Counted from the stretch's first letter, positions 27,039 to 37,481 are shown. The stretch is 59,520 nt of DNA from a virus (IMGVR_UViG_3300030389_001291:1-59520), one strand, 5' to 3'. Notes: a model not told the origin generated them from the sequence alone. Numbers and translations: made by a program.

Positions 27039-27379
27039 TATCTATCTTCCTCTTTTGTTTCACAGCCAAACATATTAAAACTCATGTCAACTGCACTTGT
27101 ATAAACTTTTACTACATCTGTTTGATTTAATGTAATTCCTAAAACTATTGCTAATGAATCATTAGCTGCTACTGATTTATCATAATAAAGAAATTGTTTA
27201 TCATCAGCAGATGCTCCTGCTACATGAACACTTAATCTAAATGTTATTGCAGAACCTGTTCTATTTGCTGCAACTATAGAACTAACTGTTGTTTGTGTCA
27301 TATCTGGCACAGTATAAAGTGTAGTTGTTGTTGTTGCTGCTGGGTCAACTTGACCTAAAACTTTTAAATTATCAGCCAT
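27038..27379 (-). CDS. Small beta-rich structural protein
   Basis: 113-aa Thr/Val-rich ORF in the tail cluster. Confidence 0.65.
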   Translation of the reverse strand: MADNLKVLGQVDPAATTTTTLYTVPDMTQTTVSSIVAANRTGSAITFRLSVHVAGASADDKQFLYYDKSVAANDSLAIVLGITLNQTDVVKVYTSAVDMSFNMFGCETKEEDR

Positions 27380-27575
27380 GCTTCATTCCCATTAATAAAA
27401 ATTGATGTCTTTTTATAGCTTTACTTGAATTAACATCTTGTAATCTACTTAACCTATCTATTTCAATAGCTAAATCTTGTAATGCTTGTTCTACAATTCT
27501 TCTAGTAACTGCTTCAGTATTAGGGTCATATTCTAATTCTGGTATTGGTAATGCTACAGTTTTAGAATGTGCCAT
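27372..27575 (-). CDS. Hypothetical tail-associated protein
   Basis: 67-aa ORF coupled to its neighbours. Confidence 0.6.
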   Translation of the reverse strand: MAHSKTVALPIPELEYDPNTEAVTRRIVEQALQDLAIEIDRLSRLQDVNSSKAIKRHQFLLMGMKHG

Positions 27576-29425
27576 TATCTTTTACCATCAGGTCTTATAT
27601 CTAATCTTAAATCACCAAGTCTCCAACCATAATCATTTGATGAATTAGATACTCTTATTGCACATTGTCTACTTCTAGCTCTTGTATTTGTAAATGTAGA
27701 AGCTGGTGTTACTGATACAGTAGATAAAGTAGATAAATCTTCTAAAGGATAGTTTCTACCTTTTATTGTTATAGTTACACTATCAGCAGTAGATTGTTGG
27801 TCTCTAAATTGTATATCAGGTATTATTTTATTTACTGCTATAAATTTATCTCCATTTGGGTCTAAATCAAAATCACTAGATTCTATAAAAGCTGTAAAAT
27901 CACTACCATCGTCTCCATGACCTATCTCATGTGCATAAATATAGTTATTATTACTTGTACTACTATTTTTACTTGCTGCTATTGGATTAGTTAGTATTAA
28001 TGCTTCATCCCAAGCAGTTCTTACAAAATTATCTGATGTTGTGCCAATAGACCAAACATTTTCTAAATAATTAAACATTACATATCTATCTATTTCATTA
28101 CTATCTTTTGATGGATAAAACCACATTATTTCATTAGCACTATCATTTACTGCACCAAATATTTTAAATGCTTGTCCTAAATTTAAATCACTTAAAACAT
28201 AATCTAAGACTGTGCATGGTAATCTTTGTGCAGAACCTGAATATACATAGAATCCTCCATTATCCATAAAATAAACTCTATTATTAGCATTTACTGCTGC
28301 ATTTGGAGATATTAAAGAAGGACCATGTGCTACTTCATTAAATGAAAAAACAAAAGGTGCTCCAACAAATCTCATAGAAACTATTCCGACATCTGTCCAA
28401 ATAAGTATTTCTTGTCTTGTTTGTAAAGCTCCAATTATTGAAGAACCCATTGATAGTTGAACTCCACCTGCTTGATTAATAGCTGTAGGTGTCCAATCTG
28501 TAATACTTTCTTTATCAGAAAATCTTACTAATAAAGGGTCTAGTGTAGAAGAGCCTATAGGATTACATCCAAAAACTATAGCGTGTTTATCTACATCAGA
28601 TACCATAACTTGTAAAGCTGTAGTAGGAACATCACTAGCTCCTGCTAAACTTGTAGCATTTACAGCTCTTGTGCTTGTACCAGATGATTCATCCCAAAAA
28701 AATATACCTCCAGCTCTAGGATTAAATACAGCATCATCTCCAAAATTGTCTATAGACCATAATCTTAACTGATTTGTAAAAGATAATGATGTAGATGAAC
28801 CCCATGTCCCTGAACCCCAAGTACCAGCACCCCAACCTGTAGATTGTACATATGAATCTAAACCAGAATTTAATTGATATACTGCATCTGCTGCAGAACC
28901 ACCATTACCAGTATCACTTGAATTTGCTGTTGCAGTAGCTGTAAAAGTAAAAGTATTTACACTTGGAACACTATCTATTTGATACTCTTGATTTAAAACA
29001 CTAGCAGTTATATTTCCTCCTAAACTTACTGCTTCACTTATAGTTACAAAATCTCCTGCTACAGCTCCATGATTGCTATCTGTTGCTGTTATAGTAGTAG
29101 AGCCATTTGTAGCTGCAAAAGTTATACCATTAGTTGTTGTAGCTCTAATAGGTGTTATATCAGCATATTCATTACCTTCTAATACATATAGTTTTTGATG
29201 TGTACCAAGAGTAATATAATTAGAACCATCTGAAGATTTATATGTATATATTTTTCTGCCTGTACCAATAAAACTATCTGTGCTTTGTTTTTGCCAACCA
29301 CCTATTCTTTCAGGTCTGCCTTTACGAAATCTAACTTTATCTGCATCAAACCAACCGCCCTCATTACTATAATTAGTACCTTCTTTATTTATTCCTGGTT
29401 TAAATACATACTTTGCTAATGGCAT
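27575..29425 (-). CDS. Tail nozzle / DNA-stabilisation protein (P22 gp10-like)
   Basis: 616-aa beta-rich protein. Size, position and the C-terminal WRLGDLRLDIRPDGKR fit this class. Confidence 0.7.
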   Translation of the reverse strand: MPLAKYVFKPGINKEGTNYSNEGGWFDADKVRFRKGRPERIGGWQKQSTDSFIGTGRKIYTYKSSDGSNYITLGTHQKLYVLEGNEYADITPIRATTTNGITFAATNGSTTITATDSNHGAVAGDFVTISEAVSLGGNITASVLNQEYQIDSVPSVNTFTFTATATANSSDTGNGGSAADAVYQLNSGLDSYVQSTGWGAGTWGSGTWGSSTSLSFTNQLRLWSIDNFGDDAVFNPRAGGIFFWDESSGTSTRAVNATSLAGASDVPTTALQVMVSDVDKHAIVFGCNPIGSSTLDPLLVRFSDKESITDWTPTAINQAGGVQLSMGSSIIGALQTRQEILIWTDVGIVSMRFVGAPFVFSFNEVAHGPSLISPNAAVNANNRVYFMDNGGFYVYSGSAQRLPCTVLDYVLSDLNLGQAFKIFGAVNDSANEIMWFYPSKDSNEIDRYVMFNYLENVWSIGTTSDNFVRTAWDEALILTNPIAASKNSSTSNNNYIYAHEIGHGDDGSDFTAFIESSDFDLDPNGDKFIAVNKIIPDIQFRDQQSTADSVTITIKGRNYPLEDLSTLSTVSVTPASTFTNTRARSRQCAIRVSNSSNDYGWRLGDLRLDIRPDGKR

Positions 29426-29427
29426 CG

Positions 29428-29871
29428 TTATACCTCATGCCATTCTTTGCCTTCAAATAATAAGGCTTCTGCTTCTCTTCTTCTTATTAAACCTTGCAAT
29501 ACTTTACCACCTGCTTTATTCCATCTTTTTATTTGTGCAGGAACTCCTTCATAATCTTTATTATTTAATACTTTTAACAAAGTAGAGTTTTTTAAGTTAG
29601 TTGGTCCAAGATTAAATGTCCATGATATAAGAGCATCAAATTGATTTTGTTCTAAATCTACCTCAACTAAATTATTTACAGCTTCTTCAAATACATCAAC
29701 ATCTTCAAGTAATAACATATCTGCTCTTTCTTGTGATATTTTCATACCTTCTTCTACATTATTAGTACTTCCATATCCTATAGTCCATACACCTGCTGCA
29801 CATTTATACGCTTCAAGTTTACAACCTTCAAACTTTTTAATTAAGGATAAACCTTCTTGTGATATTTCCAT
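29428..29871 (-). CDS. Endolysin, GH24 lysozyme
   Basis: IKKFEG...AYKCAAGVWTIGYG, QFDALISWTFNLG and GLIRRREAE. Start at ATG 29871 after an AGGAG SD. Confidence 0.92.
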   Translation of the reverse strand: MEISQEGLSLIKKFEGCKLEAYKCAAGVWTIGYGSTNNVEEGMKISQERADMLLLEDVDVFEEAVNNLVEVDLEQNQFDALISWTFNLGPTNLKNSTLLKVLNNKDYEGVPAQIKRWNKAGGKVLQGLIRRREAEALLFEGKEWHEV

Positions 29872-29872
29872 A

Positions 29873-30352
29873 TTACTCTCCTTTATCGTTGGTATGAGAT
29901 GCTCCGAAATAAAACGAAATAATTGCACTAGCAAGTCCTCCTAAATAACCTAACACTAAATTTATAAGTGCTTCGCTATTCTGTTCTGGTGGTTGTAATG
30001 TTACTAAAAATATATAACCAAGAAATCCACCTATAGTAAATAATCCTATAATACGAGCAGTCCAGTCTTTACTAAACATACTTCTTGCGTGTTGTTTTTC
30101 TTGTGCTTCAAGTTTAAAAACATCCACATCTAATTCTTTCATTTGTACTTCAAACTCTTGTTCAGCTTTTTTGAGCTCAATCATTTGTTCTGGTGTTGCA
30201 TTTTGTACTGCTTTTTCTACAGATTTTTGGTCTGCTGGACAACCTAATACTTCTGCAATTTTTCCTAAAGCCATATTACCCATAGGTCCAGCTATTGCTG
30301 TTCCAAGTGTAGGAGCTACAGCTCCAACTATATTTTTTAATAATGCTTTCAT
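29873..30352 (-). CDS. Putative holin
   Basis: Two C-terminal transmembrane segments ending FYFGAS, directly upstream of the lysozyme. Confidence 0.65.
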   Translation of the reverse strand: MKALLKNIVGAVAPTLGTAIAGPMGNMALGKIAEVLGCPADQKSVEKAVQNATPEQMIELKKAEQEFEVQMKELDVDVFKLEAQEKQHARSMFSKDWTARIIGLFTIGGFLGYIFLVTLQPPEQNSEALINLVLGYLGGLASAIISFYFGASHTNDKGE

Positions 30353-30360
30353 ATTATTCC

Positions 30361-32115
30361 TTAATTAATTGTATATATTTGTATTGGTTCTTTTTTACCT
30401 TTTACACATATATTTTTTAGTTTCTCTAATATTATTTCAGAACTAAAATTTTCAGTCTTAATAGTATTATATCCAATAATTATATCTTTACCGACTTCTT
30501 TTGTAGAACTTTCTAATCTTGCTGCTAGATTAACTGCATCACCAATAGCGGTATAATCAAATCTAGTTTCGCTACCCATATTACCTACAACAGCATATCC
30601 AGTATTTACTCCTATACCAATTTCTACACCAAGATTAGCTTTTTTAATATTTTCTTGTATTTCATTTGCACATAAAACTGCTACGCTTTCGTGATTAATT
30701 AAATCTATTGGAGCATTAAATATTGCCATCATGGCATCACCTATATATTTATCAACCATACCCCCGTACTTTTTAACTGCATCAGCTTGTATGGTTAAAG
30801 CTTTATTCATAATTTTAGTTACTTCTTCTGGTTCTAGTTTTTCTGACATAGCAGTAAAACCTCTAACATCTGTAAATAAAAAAGTGCAATATCTACGCTC
30901 TCCACCTAGTACTAAAGATTCAGGATTATCTTGTAGTTTTTTAACTTGTCTTGGGTCAAGATAATGTTCAAATTGTTTTTTAATTTGTTGTCTTAATTTG
31001 TATTGTTCTCTAAATCTTAAATAAAATCCTATAGATGCAGTAATAAATTGTGAAATCAAAGTCCAACTAACATCTATTAACAATCCACGCTGTATTAGAT
31101 AATGTCCAAAAAATATTGTTGAAAAAAATAATAGACTGGTAAATACTATTCCTCTCGTTATTCCAAAAATATTTACACATAACCAAGTCAAAGCTACTGT
31201 TATCACTAAAATTAATATTTCAACAGCTAATGCCCAATCAGGTATATAAGGACTATTTTCTATTAATATGCTTTCTGCTAATGCTGTTTGTATTTTATGT
31301 GGTTCTAATAAACCAACTGGTGTAGCAATTTGTGGCATAACACCATTTGCAGTAACACCTATAAAAACAAACTTACCATTAACATTCATCTCTTGTAAGT
31401 CTGTTTGTGGTGTATCAACCCAACTAATCCACTTGCGACCAAGACTATCTGTTTTAACTGGTGGTATTCCTTGTATTGATATTTCTTCTATACCATTATC
31501 ATTAGTTTTTATAATGTAAGTTTTAACATTTAATAAAGATTTATATACTTGTGTTCCAAAACTAGGAATCCATTCATTATTTGGTGTTCTTACTAAAAGA
31601 GGTATTCTTCTTACAAGTTGGTCTATATCGGTGGGAGCAATGGCTAAACCCTGCAATGTATTATCTGATAAGATGTTCAGGTTTTCCTTAACTCCCGTAG
31701 ATACTATACCACCAATATCATTACCAAGTACAACAGTTCCTGGTGATTGTGGATAAACACCTTTACCATCTTCAAACATAGCTATAACAGATGGTGCATA
31801 ACCTAAAGACCTTGCAAAGCTTTCATCACCACCCATTCTATCTGGTTGTGGAAAAGATATAACCCAACCTACACCTAAAGCACCTTTGCCTATAATATCT
31901 AGTTGTATTTCAGCTAATCTTTGTCTAGGTAATGGATAACCACCTTCTCGTTCTACATCTTCTTCTGTTATATTAAGTATTACAAAGTTACCTGAAGCTT
32001 CTGGAGTTTTAATAAAAGCATCAAAAATTTTTAGTTTTAATATTTCTGTGGGCGTACTTTCAAATAATAGAGGCAATACTAATAATATAATTATTGGAAA
32101 TATTAATTTTTTCAT
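30361..32115 (-). CDS. CHASE2-domain class III adenylate cyclase
   Basis: N-terminal TM, extracytoplasmic domain (YPLPR, DQLVRRIPL), 3 TMs, then FTDVRGFT, DKYIGDA and DYTAIGDAVNLAARLE. The K/D specifiers indicate ATP. Confidence 0.9.
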   Translation of the reverse strand: MKKLIFPIIILLVLPLLFESTPTEILKLKIFDAFIKTPEASGNFVILNITEEDVEREGGYPLPRQRLAEIQLDIIGKGALGVGWVISFPQPDRMGGDESFARSLGYAPSVIAMFEDGKGVYPQSPGTVVLGNDIGGIVSTGVKENLNILSDNTLQGLAIAPTDIDQLVRRIPLLVRTPNNEWIPSFGTQVYKSLLNVKTYIIKTNDNGIEEISIQGIPPVKTDSLGRKWISWVDTPQTDLQEMNVNGKFVFIGVTANGVMPQIATPVGLLEPHKIQTALAESILIENSPYIPDWALAVEILILVITVALTWLCVNIFGITRGIVFTSLLFFSTIFFGHYLIQRGLLIDVSWTLISQFITASIGFYLRFREQYKLRQQIKKQFEHYLDPRQVKKLQDNPESLVLGGERRYCTFLFTDVRGFTAMSEKLEPEEVTKIMNKALTIQADAVKKYGGMVDKYIGDAMMAIFNAPIDLINHESVAVLCANEIQENIKKANLGVEIGIGVNTGYAVVGNMGSETRFDYTAIGDAVNLAARLESSTKEVGKDIIIGYNTIKTENFSSEIILEKLKNICVKGKKEPIQIYTIN

Positions 32116-33254
32116 TAATCACTTTGCCTTATAGTTATTATAGAATCTCCACCACCATTAATTTTTACTATATTTGATATACCATCTTGTATAAAAATAA
32201 CTGTATATGAGCCATTTGTATCAATATTTAATTGTACACTTTCACTTATACTTCTTTGTAATTTAATTACATCACCTTGTATTAGTGTAGTTATTTGTGT
32301 ATCAGGGTCTTTACCTAATAAAGTGCCAGTTATTTGAGTTGATGTTGCTTCAGCTAATTGGTCCTCTTCTTCTTGTATATCTAATTCATCAAGCACATTT
32401 AATAAATCTTCAAGAAAATTAACATCAAGATAATTTATATCTAATTCTGTAAATTCTAAACTATCATCTTTTAAATAATCTTCTGCAAGATAATCTATAT
32501 CTAAATCATTAAAATCTAATACACTATCTGTTTGTGAAGTTATGTTTTCTTCTTCTATTACATCTTCTTCTTTAGGTGGTGTAACAATTAACATATTGTC
32601 AATAATGTCTAAAGATAAATCTAATATAACAGGCTTAGTTGGAGCAGACTCAAATACACTTACTGTAGTTGCTTCATAAGGTTTATTTAATATAACAGTA
32701 CCCATTGCTGTAACTACCTCTATTTCGCCACTAGAAAGTCCTAGAGCATCAGGTAGCAAAATTATAAGGCTACGCCCTAGTTCATCAACTGTAGCTGTAA
32801 AATCAGTTCCTCGTATAGCTATATTTGCTGTAGGTGTTTTTAATTCTATATTTTGTTTATCTATACGATTTAAATTGCCTGTAATAAATCTAGCTGTTCC
32901 AAGACCAAAAGTAAGAGCCATTTTTGCTTTTGATGGGTCTGGGTCATAAATATACTCATCAATTACTAATTGTGAATGTTCTGTTAGTTTTACAGTTGAG
33001 TCATCAAGAAATGTTATTGCCATTCTGCCATTAGTAGTAATAGCTTCATCATTACTTTGTATAGCAAATTTTAAATCTGCTTCATAAGATTTATCTCTTA
33101 CTATTTGGGCATTACCATTTAGTTCAGATATATCTCCAATATCAACAGCTTGTGCTTGTACCTTGGTCGTTTTGAACAACGCACACAGTACCACTATTGC
33201 CAACAGATGTAATTTTAAGCCAATCTGCAACCAATGTTGAACCTTGTGTAACAT
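32115..33254 (-). CDS. FecR-domain exported protein
   Basis: Signal-like stretch, AITFLDDSTVKLTEHS and LKTPTANIAIRGTDF. Start is uncertain. Confidence 0.8.
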   Translation of the reverse strand: MLHKVQHWLQIGLKLHLLAIVVLCALFKTTKVQAQAVDIGDISELNGNAQIVRDKSYEADLKFAIQSNDEAITTNGRMAITFLDDSTVKLTEHSQLVIDEYIYDPDPSKAKMALTFGLGTARFITGNLNRIDKQNIELKTPTANIAIRGTDFTATVDELGRSLIILLPDALGLSSGEIEVVTAMGTVILNKPYEATTVSVFESAPTKPVILDLSLDIIDNMLIVTPPKEEDVIEEENITSQTDSVLDFNDLDIDYLAEDYLKDDSLEFTELDINYLDVNFLEDLLNVLDELDIQEEEDQLAEATSTQITGTLLGKDPDTQITTLIQGDVIKLQRSISESVQLNIDTNGSYTVIFIQDGISNIVKINGGGDSIITIRQSD

Positions 33255-33858
33255 TAAATGTTCTGCTGTTTCCTGTTTGGTCAAGATAGAAATATCCACC
33301 TGCATATCCGCTTCCTGTAAAGTTTACTGTGTTGCTATCTCCATCTACATCTACATAGTTGGTTGCACCATCATAATTAATATCAAAATCAAATGTATTG
33401 CTATCGCCTTGTATTATCCAATCTAAATCTAATGTAGCTGCTAGTGCAGATGTACCTGTATCTAAAGTAAAAGTATTAGAATTACCTGTTGTATCTACAT
33501 TGTAATTAGAACTATCAATACCATAAGTATCTGTTGGGTCGCCTTGAATTGTAAATGTATTACTATCTCCATCAAATTCAAAAAATCCTGTAATACTATC
33601 TCCAAAAATATCTCCAAGAAATTTATTACTATTACCTATTTGATTAATATCTAAAGTAAGATTTAAACCATCTAGGTCTAATGCTGTTAATGTTCCTGCT
33701 ACAGAATTTAATCCGCCTATAATATTAGAATTACCTAATTGTTCTAAATCTATATTTGCTGTTGCACCAGATTGGTCAACATATATTTCATTATCAGCCC
33801 CGTATATTGGCAATGCACTCAGCATCACAATCAAGCTGATTAATTTTAGTTTCATCAT
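33142..33858 (-). CDS. Curlin-like exported beta-solenoid protein
   Basis: Signal peptide and about 8 repeats of Q/x-x-G-(N/D)-S-N-x-F, adjacent to csgG. Confidence 0.65.
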   Translation of the reverse strand: MMKLKLISLIVMLSALPIYGADNEIYVDQSGATANIDLEQLGNSNIIGGLNSVAGTLTALDLDGLNLTLDINQIGNSNKFLGDIFGDSITGFFEFDGDSNTFTIQGDPTDTYGIDSSNYNVDTTGNSNTFTLDTGTSALAATLDLDWIIQGDSNTFDFDINYDGATNYVDVDGDSNTVNFTGSGYAGGYFYLDQTGNSRTFNVTQGSTLVADWLKITSVGNSGTVCVVQNDQGTSTSC

Positions 33859-34648
33859 ATTTCCAATAACCTCTCTCAATTCCTGTGTAAATTATATTTA
33901 AAATACCTGTTTCTACTGCTTTTTGTAAAGCTATAGAAACACTTTCATTTTCTGCAATACCACCTTCAACTTCTACTAATTCTGTTCCAGCTTCAATAAA
34001 ACGAAAAATGTCTTGCGATATATTTGTAGAGACAATACTTTTAGATACTAAAGTTTCTATTAATACTTCTCCAGTAGATACTGAAACTAACCTTAATGAT
34101 ATAGTTACTGTATCTTCTCTATATTGTTTGCTAGTACCTATTCCTAAATATCTAGCACCTAATCCTCCAGATTTAAGATTAGCTTCATAGCTAATTACTC
34201 CACCTTCAATGATTAGTCCAGCAAATAATAAGGGTTGCATCTTATTATCTTCTTTAAACTCTTGTCTTGTACTTCTTATTAGCTGTCTTTCTTTGGTTAA
34301 ATTATCTAAACCAACTCTTTCAACAACTGTAAAAAATTCTCCATTTGCTGCGTGTTTTAATGCTCTAATTAAAAAAGCTTCTGGAGCTTGTGTTATAGCT
34401 GTACTAAATAAAGCAAAAGAACTATTACTTTTTCTTTGTCCTGTTAAATCTCTAAAGCTATTTGGATATACAGCTATAGAAGGTTTTACTTTTGCAGGAG
34501 ATAAATTTTTAAGTTCTTCTGATTGTAAATCTAATATTGCACTAGATTCAATATTTTTTGTTAATGCTAAATCTTTGTTTTCATTTAATACAGCACAGCT
34601 AGAAAGTAAAATTACCGACAGGCAAAGAAATCGTTGTAATATTTCCAT
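33794..34648 (-). CDS. csgG: Curli secretion channel CsgG
   Basis: Lipobox LLSSC, FRDLTGQRK, FSTAITQ, VVERVGLDNLTKERQLIRSTR and GARYLGIG. Confidence 0.9.
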   Translation of the reverse strand: MEILQRFLCLSVILLSSCAVLNENKDLALTKNIESSAILDLQSEELKNLSPAKVKPSIAVYPNSFRDLTGQRKSNSSFALFSTAITQAPEAFLIRALKHAANGEFFTVVERVGLDNLTKERQLIRSTRQEFKEDNKMQPLLFAGLIIEGGVISYEANLKSGGLGARYLGIGTSKQYREDTVTISLRLVSVSTGEVLIETLVSKSIVSTNISQDIFRFIEAGTELVEVEGGIAENESVSIALQKAVETGILNIIYTGIERGYWKYDETKINQLDCDAECIANIRG

Positions 34649-35099
34649 CTTGGTCCGTTATAGTTAGTGTTATTATCCCATCAACAACTTTGTATGTAAT
34701 TGTATTTCCCTCTAATGTTAGAGTACCTTCTGTGCTTGGTGTTTCACCAAATAAATTTTCTACAAGTTGTCTTGATAGTTGTGCATAAATTCTTGATTCT
34801 AAATTTCTTATAAATCTAGCTAATGTTGTATTTTCTTTATCTCTTTCTATTTGTTCCTGTAAAGCTTTTATTTCAGCTCTAAGTGCTTCTTTACGATTAA
34901 ACTCTTGATTTTCTATTGTAAGATAATGTGCTGATGTTCCTACTCCACTAAAACTAGGATTTTTAAATTTAAAAACTATTTCATCAGCTTTTATATTTAT
35001 AGCTAAAATACCAAAAAATAAAATTAAACCTATAAATAAAAGACCTATAGTAATTCTATATTTTTCTACTTCGTGTTTATCAATCTTTTCTTTGGTCAT
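34599..35099 (-). CDS. csgF: Curli assembly component CsgF
   Basis: FKFKNPSFSG and FIRNLESRIYAQLSRQL motifs, directly upstream of csgG. Confidence 0.8.
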   Translation of the reverse strand: MTKEKIDKHEVEKYRITIGLLFIGLILFFGILAINIKADEIVFKFKNPSFSGVGTSAHYLTIENQEFNRKEALRAEIKALQEQIERDKENTTLARFIRNLESRIYAQLSRQLVENLFGETPSTEGTLTLEGNTITYKVVDGIITLTITDQDGNITTISLPVGNFTF

Positions 35100-35430
35100 C
35101 TCTATCCGCCTTAGCAATTTTATTGCTATCTATAAGTTGTGGTACTCCTAATATAGTTTTAACTAAAGTATCTTGTCGTATTATTTCATTATCTAAACTA
35201 CGCACTCTATCTATTAATGCTACTAATATTCCATGTTGTGAATCAAGTTTTGTGCCTAGTCTTTCTTCTAATGCTGCTATTTGACTTTCAACTTTTTCAT
35301 CAACAGTATCTAATTTAGTTTCCATACCATCAACAATACGCATTATAAGTTTATAAATGAACCAACCAAGACCAAGAGCTGCTGCAATAGGAAAACCAAC
35401 TTCTTGTATTAAAGTAACAGCTGATTCCAT
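35080..35430 (-). CDS. Membrane-anchored coiled-coil protein
   Basis: N-terminal TM (VGFPIAAALGLGWFI) followed by a coiled coil. Confidence 0.65.
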   Translation of the reverse strand: MESAVTLIQEVGFPIAAALGLGWFIYKLIMRIVDGMETKLDTVDEKVESQIAALEERLGTKLDSQHGILVALIDRVRSLDNEIIRQDTLVKTILGVPQLIDSNKIAKADRDDQRKD

Positions 35431-35810
35431 TAAAAATCACCCCAAACTTTTTTCTTTTTTCCTCCATCATATTCTACAGCATGACCTTCTGTTATTAATA
35501 CTTGACACATATCTCTACCATCTTCTGTATAAGGTATGCCTAAGATACGACCATATTTACCTTTACCTAAAGATTTAACTTTTATTTTTCCTATGCAAAG
35601 TTCTTTTAATCTTTCTTTTGCAGCAAGACCAAGTTTCTTTTCTGCTAAATCTCTAGTTCTACTTTCTGGTGTATCAATGCCTGATAATCTAATACGCTGT
35701 TTATGTAGCTTTACATCAAAGCCTAAATCAAGACAACAATCAAATGTATCTCCATCTACAACTCTTTCTAATGTAGCATTATAAACAAATGCATCTGGTG
35801 ATTTAGCCAT
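35430..35810 (-). CDS. Thermonuclease (SNase-like)
   Basis: RVVDGDT, RLSGIDTPE and GKYGRILG. Confidence 0.88.
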   Translation of the reverse strand: MAKSPDAFVYNATLERVVDGDTFDCCLDLGFDVKLHKQRIRLSGIDTPESRTRDLAEKKLGLAAKERLKELCIGKIKVKSLGKGKYGRILGIPYTEDGRDMCQVLITEGHAVEYDGGKKKKVWGDF

Positions 35811-36052
35811 TATCTTTTTTTTCCTTTATGCAAACCATGTTTTGCGTGTTGTTTACCTGCTCTTGTAGCTGCTCTTTTTTTTCTATTAGCTGCTGCAAGT
35901 TTTCTTCTTCCTTTTGGTGTAGATTTTAATCTATCTATTTGTGCTTTTGGAGCATATACTTCACCTGTCTCAGATGATTTCTTGCCACTAGGAGTAGTCC
36001 ATTTTTGACTTGTCCATCTTTTTAAACTTTTTTGAGATTTTTTTAATGGCAT
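35810..36052 (-). CDS. Small basic hypothetical protein
   Basis: 80-aa Lys/Arg-rich ORF coupled to its neighbours. Confidence 0.65.
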   Translation of the reverse strand: MPLKKSQKSLKRWTSQKWTTPSGKKSSETGEVYAPKAQIDRLKSTPKGRRKLAAANRKKRAATRAGKQHAKHGLHKGKKR

Positions 36053-36738
36053 TAATCTTCCTTATTATTATCATTATATAAATTATCAAATACTTGATTA
36101 ACATCTAAAGTATAATCTAAATCAGATTTACTATAATGAATATGTTGTGAGGGTTTAAAATCTGGAGCACCTTCTCCTAGTTCAAATTGTGCAGGTCTTG
36201 TAACTCTAACTCTATTATTTGGTAAAGCTACTATATTACCTGTCCATTTACCTGCATCTAATAATTCAATTACATGATTTTGTTTATGTTGTGCAGGGTC
36301 ATCAGATGTATCAGACTTTGTATAATCTACAGTAAAATAATATTTTGCAGGATAAAATTTACCATCTATTTTTGCTAACCAAGGACATGGAGTACAATTT
36401 TCTAAAACATATACACTATGTGTACGAGATGCACAATCCCAAGGTTGAGCCTCCCATACTTCCATAGGTTCTGCCCATTCTTCAAAAGGAGTATCACCTA
36501 CAAGAGCTGTAATCGGCATCCTTGCCCACATTGCTCCACCATGAACATTTGGTTCATCTGTATCGTAAGTTTCTGCACCTGTAAAAATTACTTGAAAAGA
36601 TAAACATCTTTTTGGAATTGTTGTAACTCCAATAACCATAGCGTGTAAAAATTCACCATGATATTTTTCGTGATTGTGTGTATATTCTTTTCTAACCCAA
36701 CACTTAAAATAAGGTATGCTACTTTGTAAATAAGCCAT
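36052..36738 (-). CDS. Conserved hypothetical phage protein
   Basis: 228-aa globular ORF (GGAMWARMPITAL, ALPNNRVR). Confidence 0.75.
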   Translation of the reverse strand: MAYLQSSIPYFKCWVRKEYTHNHEKYHGEFLHAMVIGVTTIPKRCLSFQVIFTGAETYDTDEPNVHGGAMWARMPITALVGDTPFEEWAEPMEVWEAQPWDCASRTHSVYVLENCTPCPWLAKIDGKFYPAKYYFTVDYTKSDTSDDPAQHKQNHVIELLDAGKWTGNIVALPNNRVRVTRPAQFELGEGAPDFKPSQHIHYSKSDLDYTLDVNQVFDNLYNDNNKED

Positions 36739-36921
36739 TTACTTATATCCACCACCTGCTTTTTTATAAGCTTTTGCTAACATCTGTGCTTTCCTTGCTG
36801 ACCATTGTCCAGGTCTGCCACCTTTACCACCAGCTTTTATTCTATTAAATATACGCTTACGCATACCTGGTTTAGTATAATTACCAGCTTTATTTACTGT
36901 TGATTTTTTTGCTCTACCCAT
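36739..36921 (-). CDS. Small basic hypothetical protein
   Basis: Starts MGRAKK and contains GQWSARKAQMLAKAYK. Confidence 0.65.
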   Translation of the reverse strand: MGRAKKSTVNKAGNYTKPGMRKRIFNRIKAGGKGGRPGQWSARKAQMLAKAYKKAGGGYK

Positions 36922-37103
36922 TATATAAACCTCGCTAAAAATACTACACCAACAATAAAAGGATAAACTGCCCAAATCATATTATCTAATTTATCAAATC
37001 TTTTAGAGCCATCTTCTAAGCGTTTATCTATACTTTTATATATAGCTGCACATTCTTTTTCATGTGATTCTATGGCATTTAAAGCATCTTTAATTGTTGT
37101 CAT
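36921..37103 (-). CDS. Small protein with a C-terminal TM segment
   Basis: 60 aa, coiled coil followed by a hydrophobic tail. Confidence 0.6.
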   Translation of the reverse strand: MTTIKDALNAIESHEKECAAIYKSIDKRLEDGSKRFDKLDNMIWAVYPFIVGVVFLARFI

Positions 37104-37264
37104 TATTTATCTTTGGCTTTGCCTATATTTAAAGCACACCAGTCAATTACACGATAAATGTAACTAAACCAATGGTCATCTTTTGGAGTAGGTGTTATTG
37201 CTGCTATAACTGAAGCTATAGATATAATTGCAGTTATCCATACTAATATATTAAGTATTGTCAT
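37103..37264 (-). CDS. Small membrane protein (53 aa)
   Basis: MTILNILVWITAIISIASVIAAITPTPKDD...ALNIGKAKDK with a GGGAG SD. Below the ORF-track cutoff. Confidence 0.6.
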   Translation of the reverse strand: MTILNILVWITAIISIASVIAAITPTPKDDHWFSYIYRVIDWCALNIGKAKDK

Positions 37265-37457
37265 TTTTTGTTTCTCCCTCTTTAGAGTTATTATTTATTT
37301 TAGCTGTTTCTTCAGCATAAAGATTAGTAAATACAGATAAACCTGCTTTTACTTGGTCTATTTGAAAATTTAAAGTAGCTAATTTTTGATTTAAATCGTC
37401 AATTTGAGCTTGACAATATTTCTGTTCATTTGTTAATTCTATTTCTTTTTTTGACAT
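37251..37457 (-). CDS. Small coiled-coil protein
   Basis: 68-aa ORF behind the promoter at 37482-37510. Confidence 0.6.
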   Translation of the reverse strand: MSKKEIELTNEQKYCQAQIDDLNQKLATLNFQIDQVKAGLSVFTNLYAEETAKINNNSKEGETKNDNT

Positions 37458-37481
37458 AATTAATCCTATAAATAAGTATTA

